Below are positions 1 through 12,213 of a DNA stretch of 64,000 nucleotides, in pieces. Each line of letters begins with the position of its first letter. Position 1 is the stretch's first letter. Made by a program: the position numbers and the translations under genes. The DNA is from Mobula hypostoma (Eukaryota): positions 102,426,001 to 102,490,000 of the forward strand of contig NC_086108.1 of the NCBI RefSeq assembly GCF_963921235.1, read 5' to 3'. The notes below the pieces were generated by a model that had not been told where the DNA came from, searched no databases, and saw only the letters and a program-made list of their open reading frames with translations.

Positions 1-240
1 CCAGATGGCAGGTGGGAGAAGAGTTTGTATGAGGGGTGCGTGGGGTCCTTCACAATGCTGTTGGCTTTATGAGTGCAGTAAGTGGTGGAAATGTCTGTAA
101 TGGCGGGAAGAGAGACCCCGATGATCTTCTCAGCTGACCTCACTATCTGCTGCAGGGTCTTGCGATCCGAGACGGTGCAATTTCCGATCCAGGCAGTGAT
201 GCAGCTGCTCAGGATGCTCTCAATACAACCTCTGTAGAAT
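1..240 (-). mobile_element. Rex1/Babar-type LINE 3' fragment
   Basis: Minus strand reads like the C-terminal end of Rex1-type RT ORFs (IESILSSCITAW-G-C motif), as in other copies in this window. Confidence 0.6.
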
Positions 241-346
241 GTGGTTACATCTCCATTTAAATGTGCAATTTCTAGTAATTTATAATAAATATTATGTACA
301 ACAGAATAGTCAATATAACACAGAAATACAGTTGTGTCAGCATGAA

Positions 347-742
347 CTAATCAGTCTGATGGCCTGCTGGAAGAAGCTGTCCCAGAGACTGTTGGTTCTG
401 GCTTTCATGCTGAAGTGGTAGCAGGTTGAACAGTTTGTGGTTGGGGTGACTCAGATCCCCAATGATCAGTTGGGCCCTTTTTACACACCTGCCTTTGTAA
501 ATGTCCAGAATCGTGGGAATTTCATATCTACAGATTTGCTGGGCTGTCCACACCACTCTCTGCAGAGCCCTGCGATTGAGGGAAGTACAGTTCCCATACC
601 AGACAATAATGCAACCAGTCAGGATGCTCTCAATTGTGCCCCTAGAGAAAGTTCTCTGGATTTGAGGGCCCACACCAAACTTCTTCAACCGTCTAAGGTG
701 AAAGAGGCGCTGTTGTGCTTTCTTCACCACACAGCCAGTATG
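347..742 (-). mobile_element. Rex1/Babar-type LINE RT C-terminal fragment (left part, split by the Gypsy insertion)
   Basis: ORF 347..748: KKAQQRLFHLRRLKKFG...IESILTGCIIVWYGNC; continues on the far side of the Gypsy element at 5937. Confidence 0.8.
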
Positions 743-1133
743 CGTCATGGTCCCGATCGTTAATTCCCTATCTTTCTCCTAATTTCCTTTGATTGTGCCA
801 TGGTTCCGACCGCTAATTTCCCATTTGCTTCTAATTCTCTTTGATGACGGCACATCTGGTTTCCATCAAGACCTGCAGGATAAGAACCCTGGTATAACAA
901 CCACTAGCCGCCAGATCGTTGGTTTTGCCTGTGTGGTGATTAACGTTTCCCGGCCGCTTAGAACCATGTGTTCTAAGTTTTGCTCCAGTTCAGGGTTTAC
1001 CTATGAAACCCCATCTCTACGTGTCAAGGTCCTTCCTGTTTGCTGTTCAACGTTCCCGTCCGCGTAAGCATCCTAACTCAGGCTCCGTGCCTGTGTCCTG
1101 CACTTTGGTTTGCTTCATTCACTCATTGCAACA
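743..1133 (+). repeat. 5' LTR of Gypsy copy 1
   Basis: (c/t)gtca...tgcaaca ends; aligns to 5529-5931. Confidence 0.9.
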
Positions 1134-1135
1134 GG

Positions 1136-1145
1136 ACGATCTGGC
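1136..1145 (+). promoter_or_regulatory. Self-priming primer-binding site (complementary to LTR nt 910-919)
   Basis: acgatctggc just after the LTR is the exact reverse complement of gccagatcgt at 910-919; no TGG-initiated tRNA-type PBS. Confidence 0.75.
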
Positions 1146-1149
1146 CACA

Positions 1150-2205
1150 ATGGACCCAGCAGTCACGAATACCCTGCAACAAGCACTCGCTAGCCAGGGC
1201 TCCGTACTGGGTCCGCACAATCAACTTCTCTGGGATGTCATGGAGAACCTCCATTCCCTGTCTGCTAACGTAACAAAGATCGGTGACCGAGTGGACCGTG
1301 TATCCACTCATTTTACCCCATCCACTCCTGGAACTCTGTCTAACCAGCCCAGACAGCCTGTAGTGGCAACCCCCTACGTGTCAGCAACACTCCCACCAAG
1401 AGACCCGCACGTACCTGAACCAGAGCACTATGCTGGGGATTTGGGGAAGTGCTGGGCCTTCCTTCTGCAATGCTCCTTGGTATTCCACCAGCAGTCACCC
1501 ACATACTCCACAGATAAGTCAAAGATAACTTATATCATGGGGTTGTTGCGGGGAAGTGCCTTAGCGTGGGCTACAGCTGCCTGAGATAATCAACTGGAGA
1601 TCTGCTCTTCTTTCCCCACCTTTATCGCAGAAATGAGGAAGATCTTTGACCACCTCGTCCACGGTAAAAACGCCACTAAGCGTCGACTCACTCTCCGCTA
1701 GGGCTCACGCAGTGATGATGAATATTCCATGGAGTTCCGGATGTTAGCAGCCGACTCAGGGTGGAAAGACGAGGCACTCCAAGGGGTATTTCGGAATGGT
1801 CTCAGCGACATGGTGAAAGACGAGTTGGCAGCAAGAGATGACACCGACTGCCTGGATTCCCTGATCTCCCTAGCCACCAGATTGGACAATTGCCACCGGG
1901 AACGCCATAGAGGAAGAACTGGTCGTCCACCACCTTTGGCCACTCGTCAGCACTCATTACTGCCTCCCGCCAGAACAAGCCTCTCTCCTCCTTCTGCACC
2001 CCAAGTAGCTCCCAGCTTGGCCGTTTCCACCGCCCCGGGAGAGGAACCCATGCAGTTGGGACGGAACCGTCTTTCTCCCGCAGAGCGACTCCGGAGACTG
2101 AGAGCGGGGGAGTGTCTCTATTGCGGCCAGTCCGGCCACTTCCATGCTACCTGTCCCCTTCGGCCAAAAGGGAAGGCTCACCAGTGGAAAGGGGGACCCT
2201 GGTGA
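1150..2205 (+). pseudogene. gag of Gypsy copy 1 (premature stops; C-terminal CCHC knuckle)
   Basis: MDPA...PEPEHYAGDLGKCWAFLLQC...[26 protein letters not shown]. Confidence 0.9.
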
Positions 2206-5200
2206 GCCAGACAACATTCCCTTCCGTCCCCCGAACCTGGATGCAGATCCCAGCTACTTTACGTTACAACCAACAGTCCCTGCCTCTGTCAGCTCTAGTG
2301 GACTCTGGCGCTGAGGGAGACCTTTTGGATGAGAACATAGCTTCCCGGGCTGGAATTCCTTGTGAGCCATTGAGAACCCCTCTGGAAGCCCGGGCACTGG
2401 ACGGTAGACTTCTGGCCCGAGTTACACACTTCACACCACCCCTGTCTGTTATTCTCTCCAGGAACCATTGGGGACAGGTACAATTTAACCTAATTTCCTC
2501 TCCTCATGCTCCTATAGTTCTTGGTTACCCCTGATTAAGTCATCATAATCCCCACATTGACTGGTCCACCGGGAGGATAGTCAGCTGGAGTCTGTTCTGT
2601 CACTCCACTTGTCTATAATCAGCCCTTTCCCCAGTAAAAGTCACCACGACTTCGTCTGCCGCTGAAACCCCCGACTTATCCAAGGTTCCAGCAGAGTATC
2701 ATGACCTGGGAGAAATGTTTAGTAAACAACGGGCCCTTTCCCTGCCTCCACATCGACCTTATGATTGCGCAATTGACCTTCTCCCCAGAGCTCCTCTACC
2801 CGCCAGTCGGCTGTATAACTTGTCCCGGCCAGAAAGGGAAGCAATGGAGGCTTACCTAAATGATTCTCTCATGGCAGGCATTATCCGACTCCCATCCTCC
2901 CCTGTAGGTGCAGGTTTCTTCTTTGTGGGGAAGAAAGACGCTTCACTGCACCCCTGCATTGACTACCGGGTCTGAAATAGCATAACCATAAACAATAAGT
3001 ATCCACTGCCCCTTATCAACTCTGCTTTTGAACCAGTTCATGGAGCCACCATCTTCTCCAAGTTGAACCTGCGGAGTGCCCACCATCAGGTCAGGATAAG
3101 GGAGGGAGATGAGTGGAAAACAGCTTTTAACACCCCTCTTGGTCACTTCGAATACCTGGTCATGCCATTTGGTCTCACCCATGCTCCTGCCATCTTCCAA
3201 GCCCTGATAAACCATATCTTTAGGGACTTTATTAACCGTTTTGTTTTTGTTTACTTGGACGACATCTTAATCTTCTTCCGCAGTCTTCAGGAACCCACCC
3301 ACTATGTCCGTCAGGTTCTACAGAGGCTTTGGGAGAACAAACTATTCATTAAGGCTGAGAAGTGTGAGTTTCATGTCCATTCTGTCAGTTTCTTATGGTA
3401 CTTCATCGAGAGCAGGCGAGTGATGGCGGATCCCAAAAAGATCCGGGCGGTGGTGGAGTGGCCAAAACCCACGACACTCAAACAACTCCAGCGATTTCTG
3501 GGGTTTGCTAATTTCTATCATTGCTTCATCAGGGATTACAGCTGGATGGCAGCACCCCTTACTCGACTCACCTCGCCTACGACCCCTTTTCACTGGGACC
3601 CCGAAGCGGACTCCGCCTTCTCGGAGCTGAAGAGACGTTTCACCTCTGTTCCCATCCTGGTCCAACCTGGCCCCTCTCGCCAATTCATTGTGGAAGTCGA
3701 CGCCTCCGACTCTGGAGTGGGAACGGTCCTCCCTCTCTCGCCCTGACCAAAAATTCCATCCCTGCGCCTTCTTTTCTCGCCGGCTATCCCCCACCAAACA
3801 GAACTACGACGTAGGGAACTGGGAGTTACTGGCCATCAAACTTGCTTTGGAGGAGTGGAGGCACTGGCTGGAGGGAGCAGAACATTGTTCCTGGAGAGAA
3901 CATCCACATTGTCTGGACTGATCACAAGAATCTCACATACAACCAAACTGCCGAACGCCTTAATTCCCAGCAAGCCTGTTGGGCATTATTTTTTGGCTGT
4001 TTCAGATTCACACTCACCTATCGTCCTGGTTCCAAGAACGGGAAGCCCGATGCTCTCTCCTGTCAATACATCTCCGAGGAGGGCCTTCTCAACCCCAATA
4101 CCATCCTTCCACCATCCTGTGTAGTGGCTGCCCTCACCTGGGAGATCGAATCCATAGCAAAAAAGGTCCAACAGACTCAACCTGACCCAGGCAGTGGACC
4201 CCCCAGTTGTCTCTTCATGCCTGACTTGGTCCAGTCTCAGGTTCTCCAGTGGAGGCATAATTCTCGTTTCGCCTGCCATCCCGGGATCGATCAAACTCTG
4301 TCCCTTCTGAAGAGACATTTCTGGTGGGCCTCCATGGATACTGACACCTGTTCCTTCGACTCTGCCTGTTCCGTTTGTGCCCGTGGAAAAGCCTCCCATC
4401 GACCACCTGCTGGGTTGCTCCGTCCCCTACCTGTCCCTGGCCGCTCTTGGTCCCACATTGCTCTGGATTTTGTTACTGGAGAACACATGGTAACACTGCT
4501 GTACTCACTGTGGTGGACCACTTCTCCAAAGCTGTGCACTTCGTAGCCCTTCCCAAACTCCCCACAGCCCGTGAAACAGCCGACCTCCTTGTCCATCACG
4601 TCTTCTGCCTCCATGGAATTCCTTCTGACATTATTTCTGACCGGGGCTCCCAATTCATCTCTCAAGTCTGGAGATCCTTTTGTCAAGCCCTTGGAGCCTC
4701 AGTAAACCTGTCTTCCGGCTTCTATCTGCAAACTAATGGTCAAACGGAACGAGCAAACCAGGATTTGGAAGCAGCACTGTGCAGCATATCTGCCAACAAC
4801 CCGTCATCCTGGAGCGCCCATCTCGTTTGGGTGGGATATGCCCACAACTCCCTGGTCAGCACAGCCACCAGAATGTCTCCCTTCGAATGCTCCCTTGGTT
4901 ACCAACCCCCTCTGTTTCCCGCACATGAAGATGATATTGCTGTGCCTTCTGTTCAGACCCATCTCCGCCGGTGACGCAAGATCTGGAAGGATGCACGCAC
5001 GACCCTGCTCTGCTCAACCGACAGCAACTGGAGGATTGCCGATCGTCATCGGATTCCCGCAACAAGTTATCAGCCTGAGCAGAAGGTTTGGCTTTCGTCA
5101 AAGACATCCCCCTCAAGAATGAACCCAAGAAACTCACCCCTCGCTACCTGGGACCATTCGAGATTGAGAGTGTCATCAACCCCTCGGTAGTCAGACTCCA

Positions 5201-5470
5201 ATTGCCCAGATCCATGCACATTCATCTGACGTTCCACGTCTCTCTATTGAAACCTGTGTCTGTCAGCCCTTTGTGCCTCCTGCCGAACCGCCTCCACCCG
5301 CCCAGGTCATCGACGACCACCCAGTGTACACCATCCGGCCAATACTGGATGTGCACCGCCAAGGCAGGGGCCTCCAGTACCTGGTCGACTGGGAGGGATA
5401 CGGCCTGGAGGAACGCTCCTGGATTCCCCACTCCTTCATCCTGACCCTTCCCTCCTCCGTGATTTCCATC
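2193..5470 (+). pseudogene. pol of Gypsy copy 1 (protease, RT, RNase H, integrase, chromodomain; frameshifted)
   Basis: [33 protein letters not shown] zinc finger, [36 protein letters not shown]. Confidence 0.95.
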
Positions 5471-5528
5471 GAGACAATCCAGAAAAGCCTGGTGGTTCAC
5501 CTGGAGACTCCTGTTGAGGGGAGGATAC

Positions 5529-5931
5529 TGTCACGGTCCCGATCGTTAATTCCCTATCTTTCTCCTAATTTCCTTTGATTGTGCCACGGATCCGACCGCT
5601 AATTTCCCATTTGCTTCTAATTCTCTTTGATGATGACACACCTGGTTTCCATCAAGACCTGCAGCATAAGAACCCTGGCATTACAACCACTAGTTGCCAG
5701 ATTGTTGGTTTTGCCTGTGTGGTAATTAAAGTTTCCTGGCCGCTTAGAGCCCTGTGTTCTAAACTTTGCTCCAGTTTCAAGGTTTACCTATGAAACTCCA
5801 TCTCTCTGTGTCAAGGCTCCGTGCCAAGGTCCCTCCTGTTTGCTGTTCAACGTTCACATACGTGTAAGCGTCCCAACTCAATCTCCGTGCCTGTGTCCTG
5901 CACTTGGGTGCTTCATTCGTTTATTGCAACA
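5529..5931 (+). repeat. 3' LTR of Gypsy copy 1
   Basis: tgtcacgg...tgcaaca, preceded by a polypurine tract. Confidence 0.9.
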
Positions 5932-5936
5932 GTAGG

Positions 5937-6273
5937 TACAGACCACATGAGATCCTCAGTGATGTTTATGCTGAGGAACTTAAAACGGTTTACCCTCTCA
6001 ACCCCAGATCCATTGATGGCAACAGGAGCTAGTCTGTCTCCATTCCTCCTGTAATCCACAACCAGCTCCTTTGTTTTTGCCACATTGAGGAAGAGGTTGC
6101 TTTCTTGACACCACTGTGTCAGGGTGATGACTTCTTCTCTGTAAGCTGCCTCATTATTTTTAAGTCAATCAGTATAATGTCATTAGCGAATTTAATTAGC
6201 AGATTGGAGCTGTGGGTGGCAACACAATCATGGGTATACAGAGAGTAAAGGAGGGGGCTTAGTACACAGCCCT
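5937..6273 (-). mobile_element. Rex1/Babar-type LINE RT fragment (right part of the split LINE)
   Basis: Minus strand gives LSPLLYSLYTHDCVA..KFA and KFLS.NITEDL motifs, contiguous with 347-742. Confidence 0.75.
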
Positions 6274-6640
6274 AAATTTTCTCTTTAAACAGCCTATCTC
6301 CTCATCCATCCTTATAACTCAAACTGTCGGGTCTCTGCTACATTTAGGACTGGTAATAGAAAACTGAGGAGTAGATTTAAAAGGTGGGGGGAGAGGAGTG
6401 AGAAACACAAGGTGACAGCTGAAACCAGGGGGGAGAGGGATGAAGTAAAGAGCTGGGAAGTTGATTGGTGAAAGTGAGGAGTCTGACAGGAGAGAACAGA
6501 AGGCTATGGAAGAAAAGGGGGAATGACCAACAGAGGGAGGCAATGGGCAGGCAAGGAGATGAGAAAGGGAAAAGGAGATGGGGAATGGTGAAGAACAAGA
6601 TAAAGTGTCTCCTGCTGGCTTTGTTAGCAAGGGAGTGGTA

Positions 6641-7472
6641 CAGTGCATACCACTGAATTTACCCATCGGGACCAGTACATTTTGGCCCAGTAAAGTGCCT
6701 GCACCAATCAGACAAAGTATCATGGAAATATTTTAAATGGTATAAAAAAAGACAAAATACTATTTAAATAAGTACTAAATTATGTATTGAAATGAAATTG
6801 AGAGCAAATTAGAACACTATCGACACCATTACAGTACTATAAAATTATGTATTAGTTCCTAATAGTTATCAACAAATGAATTCATCCACTGTCATTGCTG
6901 CGTTCTTTTGACTGACTGTAAAATCAACACAGACATCTTGTGCCGATAACGGGCTGTCTTCATATAACATTTTTGACAAATGCGTTCTCCAAATCTTCAT
7001 TTTCATTGTAACATTCAAGATTACTGTATTGTTGATGCCTTTAAATTCTTCATAGTTTCTAACTTACTGAAGTAGTGAAATAATTTCATTTTCACTCCTG
7101 GCCGTTTCTGGCATCTTCGAGCCTGAATACTTGAAACCGCAGTGAGCAAAGCAGTACTGAATTGTTCTAATGCTTATTTCTCATCAATTAACGGCGGCAA
7201 AGATCATTGCTTTTTGAACACAAACACACACAACTGACACTATTTAAAAACTCTAAACATGTTGCAGTGTCCAATGGCCTCTGAAGCGCGCGCGAATGAT
7301 GCTAGTTTGAAACTGTTCAGCAACCTTTTCCTGTCCCAATTATATGGCATAGCATCCCAAATAAACGATAGGAATCTCAGCAATTTTCTCAATTAGGTTT
7401 TGTTCTTAAAGAGTTGTCCCAAATATGTGGCTACCCCGATTAACTGATAACACAAATAAGTGGAATCCACTG
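6641..7472 (-). mobile_element. Non-autonomous Tigger/pogo (Tc1/mariner superfamily) DNA transposon
   Basis: TA-flanked imperfect TIRs cagtgcataccact / agtggaatccactg; transposase remnant ISIRTIQYCFAHCGF on the minus strand (~7125-7180). Confidence 0.7.
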
Positions 7473-10400
7473 TACATGAAATCAACGGAAATCATCTCAA
7501 AAATATCATTGTAAAATCATCATGTGTCAAGAATGCATTGTATATAAATAGCAACATTCCTGCTATTGTATGGTAGTGCCTAAATGATATTTTTAGAAAA
7601 GAAGGAGGTGTAGGTAGTGAGTGGTCCCTGTGTACGTGACATGGTTGGTGATATAATATTTTCTCTGCCCTAATTCCAAGGCTGCTGTGGTAGCAAGACT
7701 CTCCAGATTATTCACATCATGGACCATTTAATAATGGTATCAACAGGTACTGCCCTTTTCATTCAATACAAGGAAGTTAAAGAATATCTGAGCTGGGACT
7801 ACTATACAGCTGAAAGATTCAATAAGGCAGAATTTGTCAAAATCCAAGAAAGTTATTTTCAAGCAGTATGTAGATGGTCCTTCTAGAGAAGGGGGCAACT
7901 TTTCAAATTCCTCTTGGGAATTGAGGCTGACCGAAAGGCAAACATGGCAGGGGCAGTACAGTGACCATGTTTCTATTAGTTTTTTTTAAATAGTTGTGAG
8001 AAAAGATAGGATCAGTCCACAAAGTAATGTCGTAAATTGGGGCAAGACTAAATAATAATGCTAATAAGGCATTAGAAGGGAACTTGTAAAGATTCATAGG
8101 GAAAGACTGTTAGCAGGTAAAGGGCAACTGACAGACAGAAGATTTAAAGGGGATTTGAGGGGCAAGTGTTTCACACCTTGGTCAGCATGGATAAATTGGG
8201 CTGAAGCACCTTTTTAGGCATTGTATAACTCTTTGACTCAGAGGGTGGTGGGTGCATGGAATGAGTTCCCCTTGGGAACTATTACAACATTTACGAGATA
8301 TCTGGACAGGTTCGCAGATAAGAGAGAAGGAGGGATATGATCCAGATGAAAGAAGATGAGACTAGGATTTTTTTTGGTCAGCATTGGCAAGTTGTGGTGA
8401 AGAGCCTGTTTCTATGCTGTACAGTTCTATGACTCCAGGAACTGCCAACATCCCCTGGATTACACTAGGCCAGACTGTAACCTTCCATTCATGTAAATAC
8501 TGTAGTTACAGGAGCAGCCAGAAACTGGGTGCCTACCAGCATCTACTAAACACTCCAGGATGTGATGGGATACTTCTTACCTGCCTGAGTATAGTTCCAG
8601 TAATAGCCAAGAAGCCCAACATCATCCAGGATACTTCCTTCACCAACTTATACACACTCTCCATCCTCCATCAATATAGCATGGCTACAGTCTGTACCAT
8701 CCCCAAGAAGCAAAATTCCACCTTCAATTCTTGAGCAGCTGGAACGACTTGGGCAGCAGGCACATGGGATCATCACCATCTCAAAGATCTCCTCAAAGCC
8801 ACGGTTGATCCTGACGTGGACACGGGTCTTTCACTGTTGCTGTGTCAAAATCCAAGGACTCCATTTCTGCCATCAGTGCCCTTCACCACACAGATGGTTC
8901 AAGTCCTTTGATTTCCAAAATCAATTAGGTATGGGAAACAAATAATGAACCTGTCCGTGATCCCAACTGGCGTCAATGAACCAATAAAAAAGGCACCGTG
9001 AAATTATTCCATTGGCTATATTCATCATCATTATGTGCTGTGTCATATTAATAGACGATTATGGTCTGGTGACCATGATTGGTCTTGGCAAATTTTTCTA
9101 CAGAGATGATTTGCTGTTGCCTTCTCCTGGGCAAGGCAGGTGACCTCAGTCATTATCAATACTCTTTGGAGTTTGTCTGCCTGGCATCAGCGGTCACATA
9201 ATCAGGTCTTGCGATGTGTACCAGCTGCTCACCACCTGCCCCCCATGGCTTCACCTAACCCTTCACCTTGTCCAAGGCCAGTGTTACACTGCTGGTGCTT
9301 AGGGCAGCAATGAAGGTCCTCCATCTCTGGCCGTGTTTAGAACAGCCTTCATTGTGTCGGCAGCTTTCTCTCGGTTTTCATTACTGTCAGTGATGCAAGC
9401 TCCGATTCATGAATACCTTTGCAGTCAGATGTAGAAGGAATCTTCATTGTTGTATCCACATCAATTTTGTTTTACTAATCAAGGCTGTTAACCCCGAGGT
9501 GAAACCCCACACCAGGTGGACGGTGGATGATTATTAGCCTGGCCTCTACTCTTTGATTTGTTCGTGACTGGTTTTGCATAATTCCACCATAAAGTAGTTT
9601 TATTTGAGTAGACTGCATGCTGGTAAGTGTGAAAAACTTGTTTAAGAATCCTGAAAATATAAGTATTTACAAAATACGAAAGACTGAGAATATGTTCAGT
9701 ATGTGCATCAAACGATGTTTTGTGGGTAGGTTCTACATCATCTCTGAGGTGGAGTGTTGACAAAAGGGCAAGTTAAGATGTGAGCCATCCGTATCAATGA
9801 GCTCAAGGAATGTAAATCTGCAACATTCCTGTTACTATATTCTGTTTCCTCGATGATATTCTCATAAAATATGAAGGGTGAGACATTTAATCTCTGGATG
9901 AAAAGACAATAATGTTAAAATCACGTTGTGTAACATTAGCCACAAATCATTTAATCTTTCTTTCCAAGTTTTAACTGCGGTCTTTGAGGGGATAACATGC
10001 GATTGATAAAGAAATATCTATGCACATTATTTATCTGGACTTCCATCGACCATTTTAGACATTTCCACACAAGCGAATGTTAACAAATTGTGGTGCATAG
10101 AATTTGAGGCAAATATTTGGCTTGAATAAAGGGACCAAAAAATAAAATCCTGCAGATGCTGGAAATCTGAAACCAAAAGGGAAAATTTGGAGATGGCCAG
10201 TAGGTCAAATTGCATCTCTGGATCAAAAAAATGATAAAAGGTTATTGATCAAAAGTACTAACTGTGTCTCTCTCCATAGATGCTTCCCGATCTGATTGTT
10301 TGGCACGGGAAATTGGTTGAAATTGGCAGAAAGTAGGAATAAAAAAGCCTCTTCACGTTGGCAGTATATGATTTGTTTAAAATTTGTTCTATGGCCTCAG

Positions 10401-10993
10401 CTATTCAATTTATCAGTGATCATTCATTCATTATGTGCTGAGTCATATGATGTCATGGTCTTTGCATTACCATGATTGTCCTTGGCAAAGTTTTTATGCA
10501 GACGTCGTTTGCCATTGCCTTCTTCTGGGCAGTGTCTTTACAAAACAGCTGACCCCAGCCATTATCAATACCCTTCAGAGACTGTCGGACTGGTGTCAGT
10601 GGTCGCGTAACCAGGGCTTGTGATATGCACCAGTGCTCGTACGACCATCCACCACCTGCTCCCATGACTTCACATGACCCTGATCGGGGGGGGGGGGGTA
10701 CTAAGCAGATGCTATACCTTGCCCAAGGGTGACCTACAGGCTAGCAGAGGGAAGCAGCACTTTGTACCTTCTTTGGTAGAGATAGATCTTCACTCCACAC
10801 ATTTGGCAAAATTTAGATACATGGTTCTCTAATTAGCACCTTATATCTAAATTTATATTACCGTGCCAGACCATGATGCAACTAGTCATGGTACTTTCAA
10901 CAGTGCTTTAGCAGAAATTCATTTGAGTGATCTATGATGTGCAAAGCCCCTTAAGCTTCTAAGAAAGCTGGAGACATGAGTCTTTTTAAAGGC

Positions 10994-11612
10994 ACAAACA
11001 CAAGGAAACCTGCAGATGCTGGAACTTCAAGCAACACACATAAAAAATGCTGGTGAACGCAGCAGGCCAGGCAGCATCTATAGGGAGAGGTACAGTCGAT
11101 GTTTCAGGCCGAGACCCTTTGTCAGGACTAACTGAAAGAAAAGATAGTAAGAGATTTGAAGGTGGGAGGGGGAGGAGGAGATCCGAAATGATAAGAGAAG
11201 ACAGGAGGGGGAGGGATGGAGCCAAGAGCTGGACAGTTGATTAGCAAAAGGGATATGAGAGGATCATGGAACGGGAGGCCTGGGGAGAAAGAGAGGGGGG
11301 GGGAAGCCCGGAGGATTAGCAAGGGGTATAGTGAGAGTGACAGAGGGAGAAAAAGGAGAGAGAGAAAAAAATAAAATAAAATAAAATAAAATAAATAAAT
11401 AATGGATGGGGTACGAAGGGGAGGTGGGGCATTAACAGAAGTTCAGAGAAGTCAGTGTTCATGCCATCAGGTTGGAGGCTACCCAGACCGAATATAAGGT
11501 GTTGTTCCTCCAACCTGAGTGTGGCTTCATCTTTACAGTAGAGGAGGCCGTGGATAGACATATCAGAATGGGAATGGGACGTGAAATTAAAATGTGTGGC
11601 CACTGGGAGATA
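10994..11612 (-). mobile_element. Penelope-like element 3' fragment (GIY-YIG C-terminus + 3' end)
   Basis: ATHFN..SHSHSDMSIHGLLYCKDEATLRLEEQHLIF; matches 23022-24057. Confidence 0.85.
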
Positions 11613-11624
11613 TTGGGAAATAAC

Positions 11625-11997
11625 ATCCGTTATTTATTATTATTATTATTTTTTTCTCTCTCTCCTTTTTCTCCCTCTGTCCCTCTCACTATACTCCTTG
11701 CCCATCCTCTGGGCTTCCCCCCTCCCCCTTTCTTTCTCCCTAGGCCTCCTGTCCCATGATCCTTTCATATCCCTTTTGCCAATCAACTGTCCAGCTCTTA
11801 GCTCCATCTCTCCCCCTCCTGTCTTCTCCTATCATTTCAGATCTCCCCCTCCCCCTCCCCCTCCCACCTTCAAATCTCTTACTATCTCTCCTTTCAGTTA
11901 GTCCTGACAAAGGGTCTCAGCCCGAAACGTCAGCTGTACCTCTTCCTATAGATGCTGCCTGGCCTGATGCGTTCACCAGCATTTTTTGTTTGTGTTG
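11625..11997 (+). mobile_element. Penelope-like 3' end, inverted relative to 10994-11612
   Basis: Reverse complement of ~11030-11410. Confidence 0.85.
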
Positions 11998-12213
11998 CTC
12001 TTTTTAAGGGACATGGTTGATATAAGGACTGTAATAGATGCAGTGTTGAAAGGAGGGTGAGAGTCATTCATTTGCGAACTGTGATTGAAACAATTTCCAT
12101 TTGACCAGTTGCTGGAAACCATGGATGAGCTGAGGATAGTAAAAACTACCGAGACGAGCACCATGGTCCCGATCTGTCTGCAAGGAGTTTGCATATTCTC
12201 TCCAGGTGGGATT

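Larger units (their letters stand above)
743..5931 (+). mobile_element. Full-length degenerate Ty3/Gypsy LTR retrotransposon, sushi/chromovirus type
   Basis: Direct LTRs 743-1133 and 5529-5931; 5-bp TSD gtatg/gtagg (1 mismatch); gag-PR-RT-RH-IN-chromodomain order; PPT gaggggaggatac before the 3' LTR. Confidence 0.95.

Noticed and set aside
1150..5470. Domesticated sushi-derived gene (RTL1/PEG10-like)
   Set aside because: Flanked by LTRs and a TSD, with many stops and frameshifts; it is a decayed transposon.
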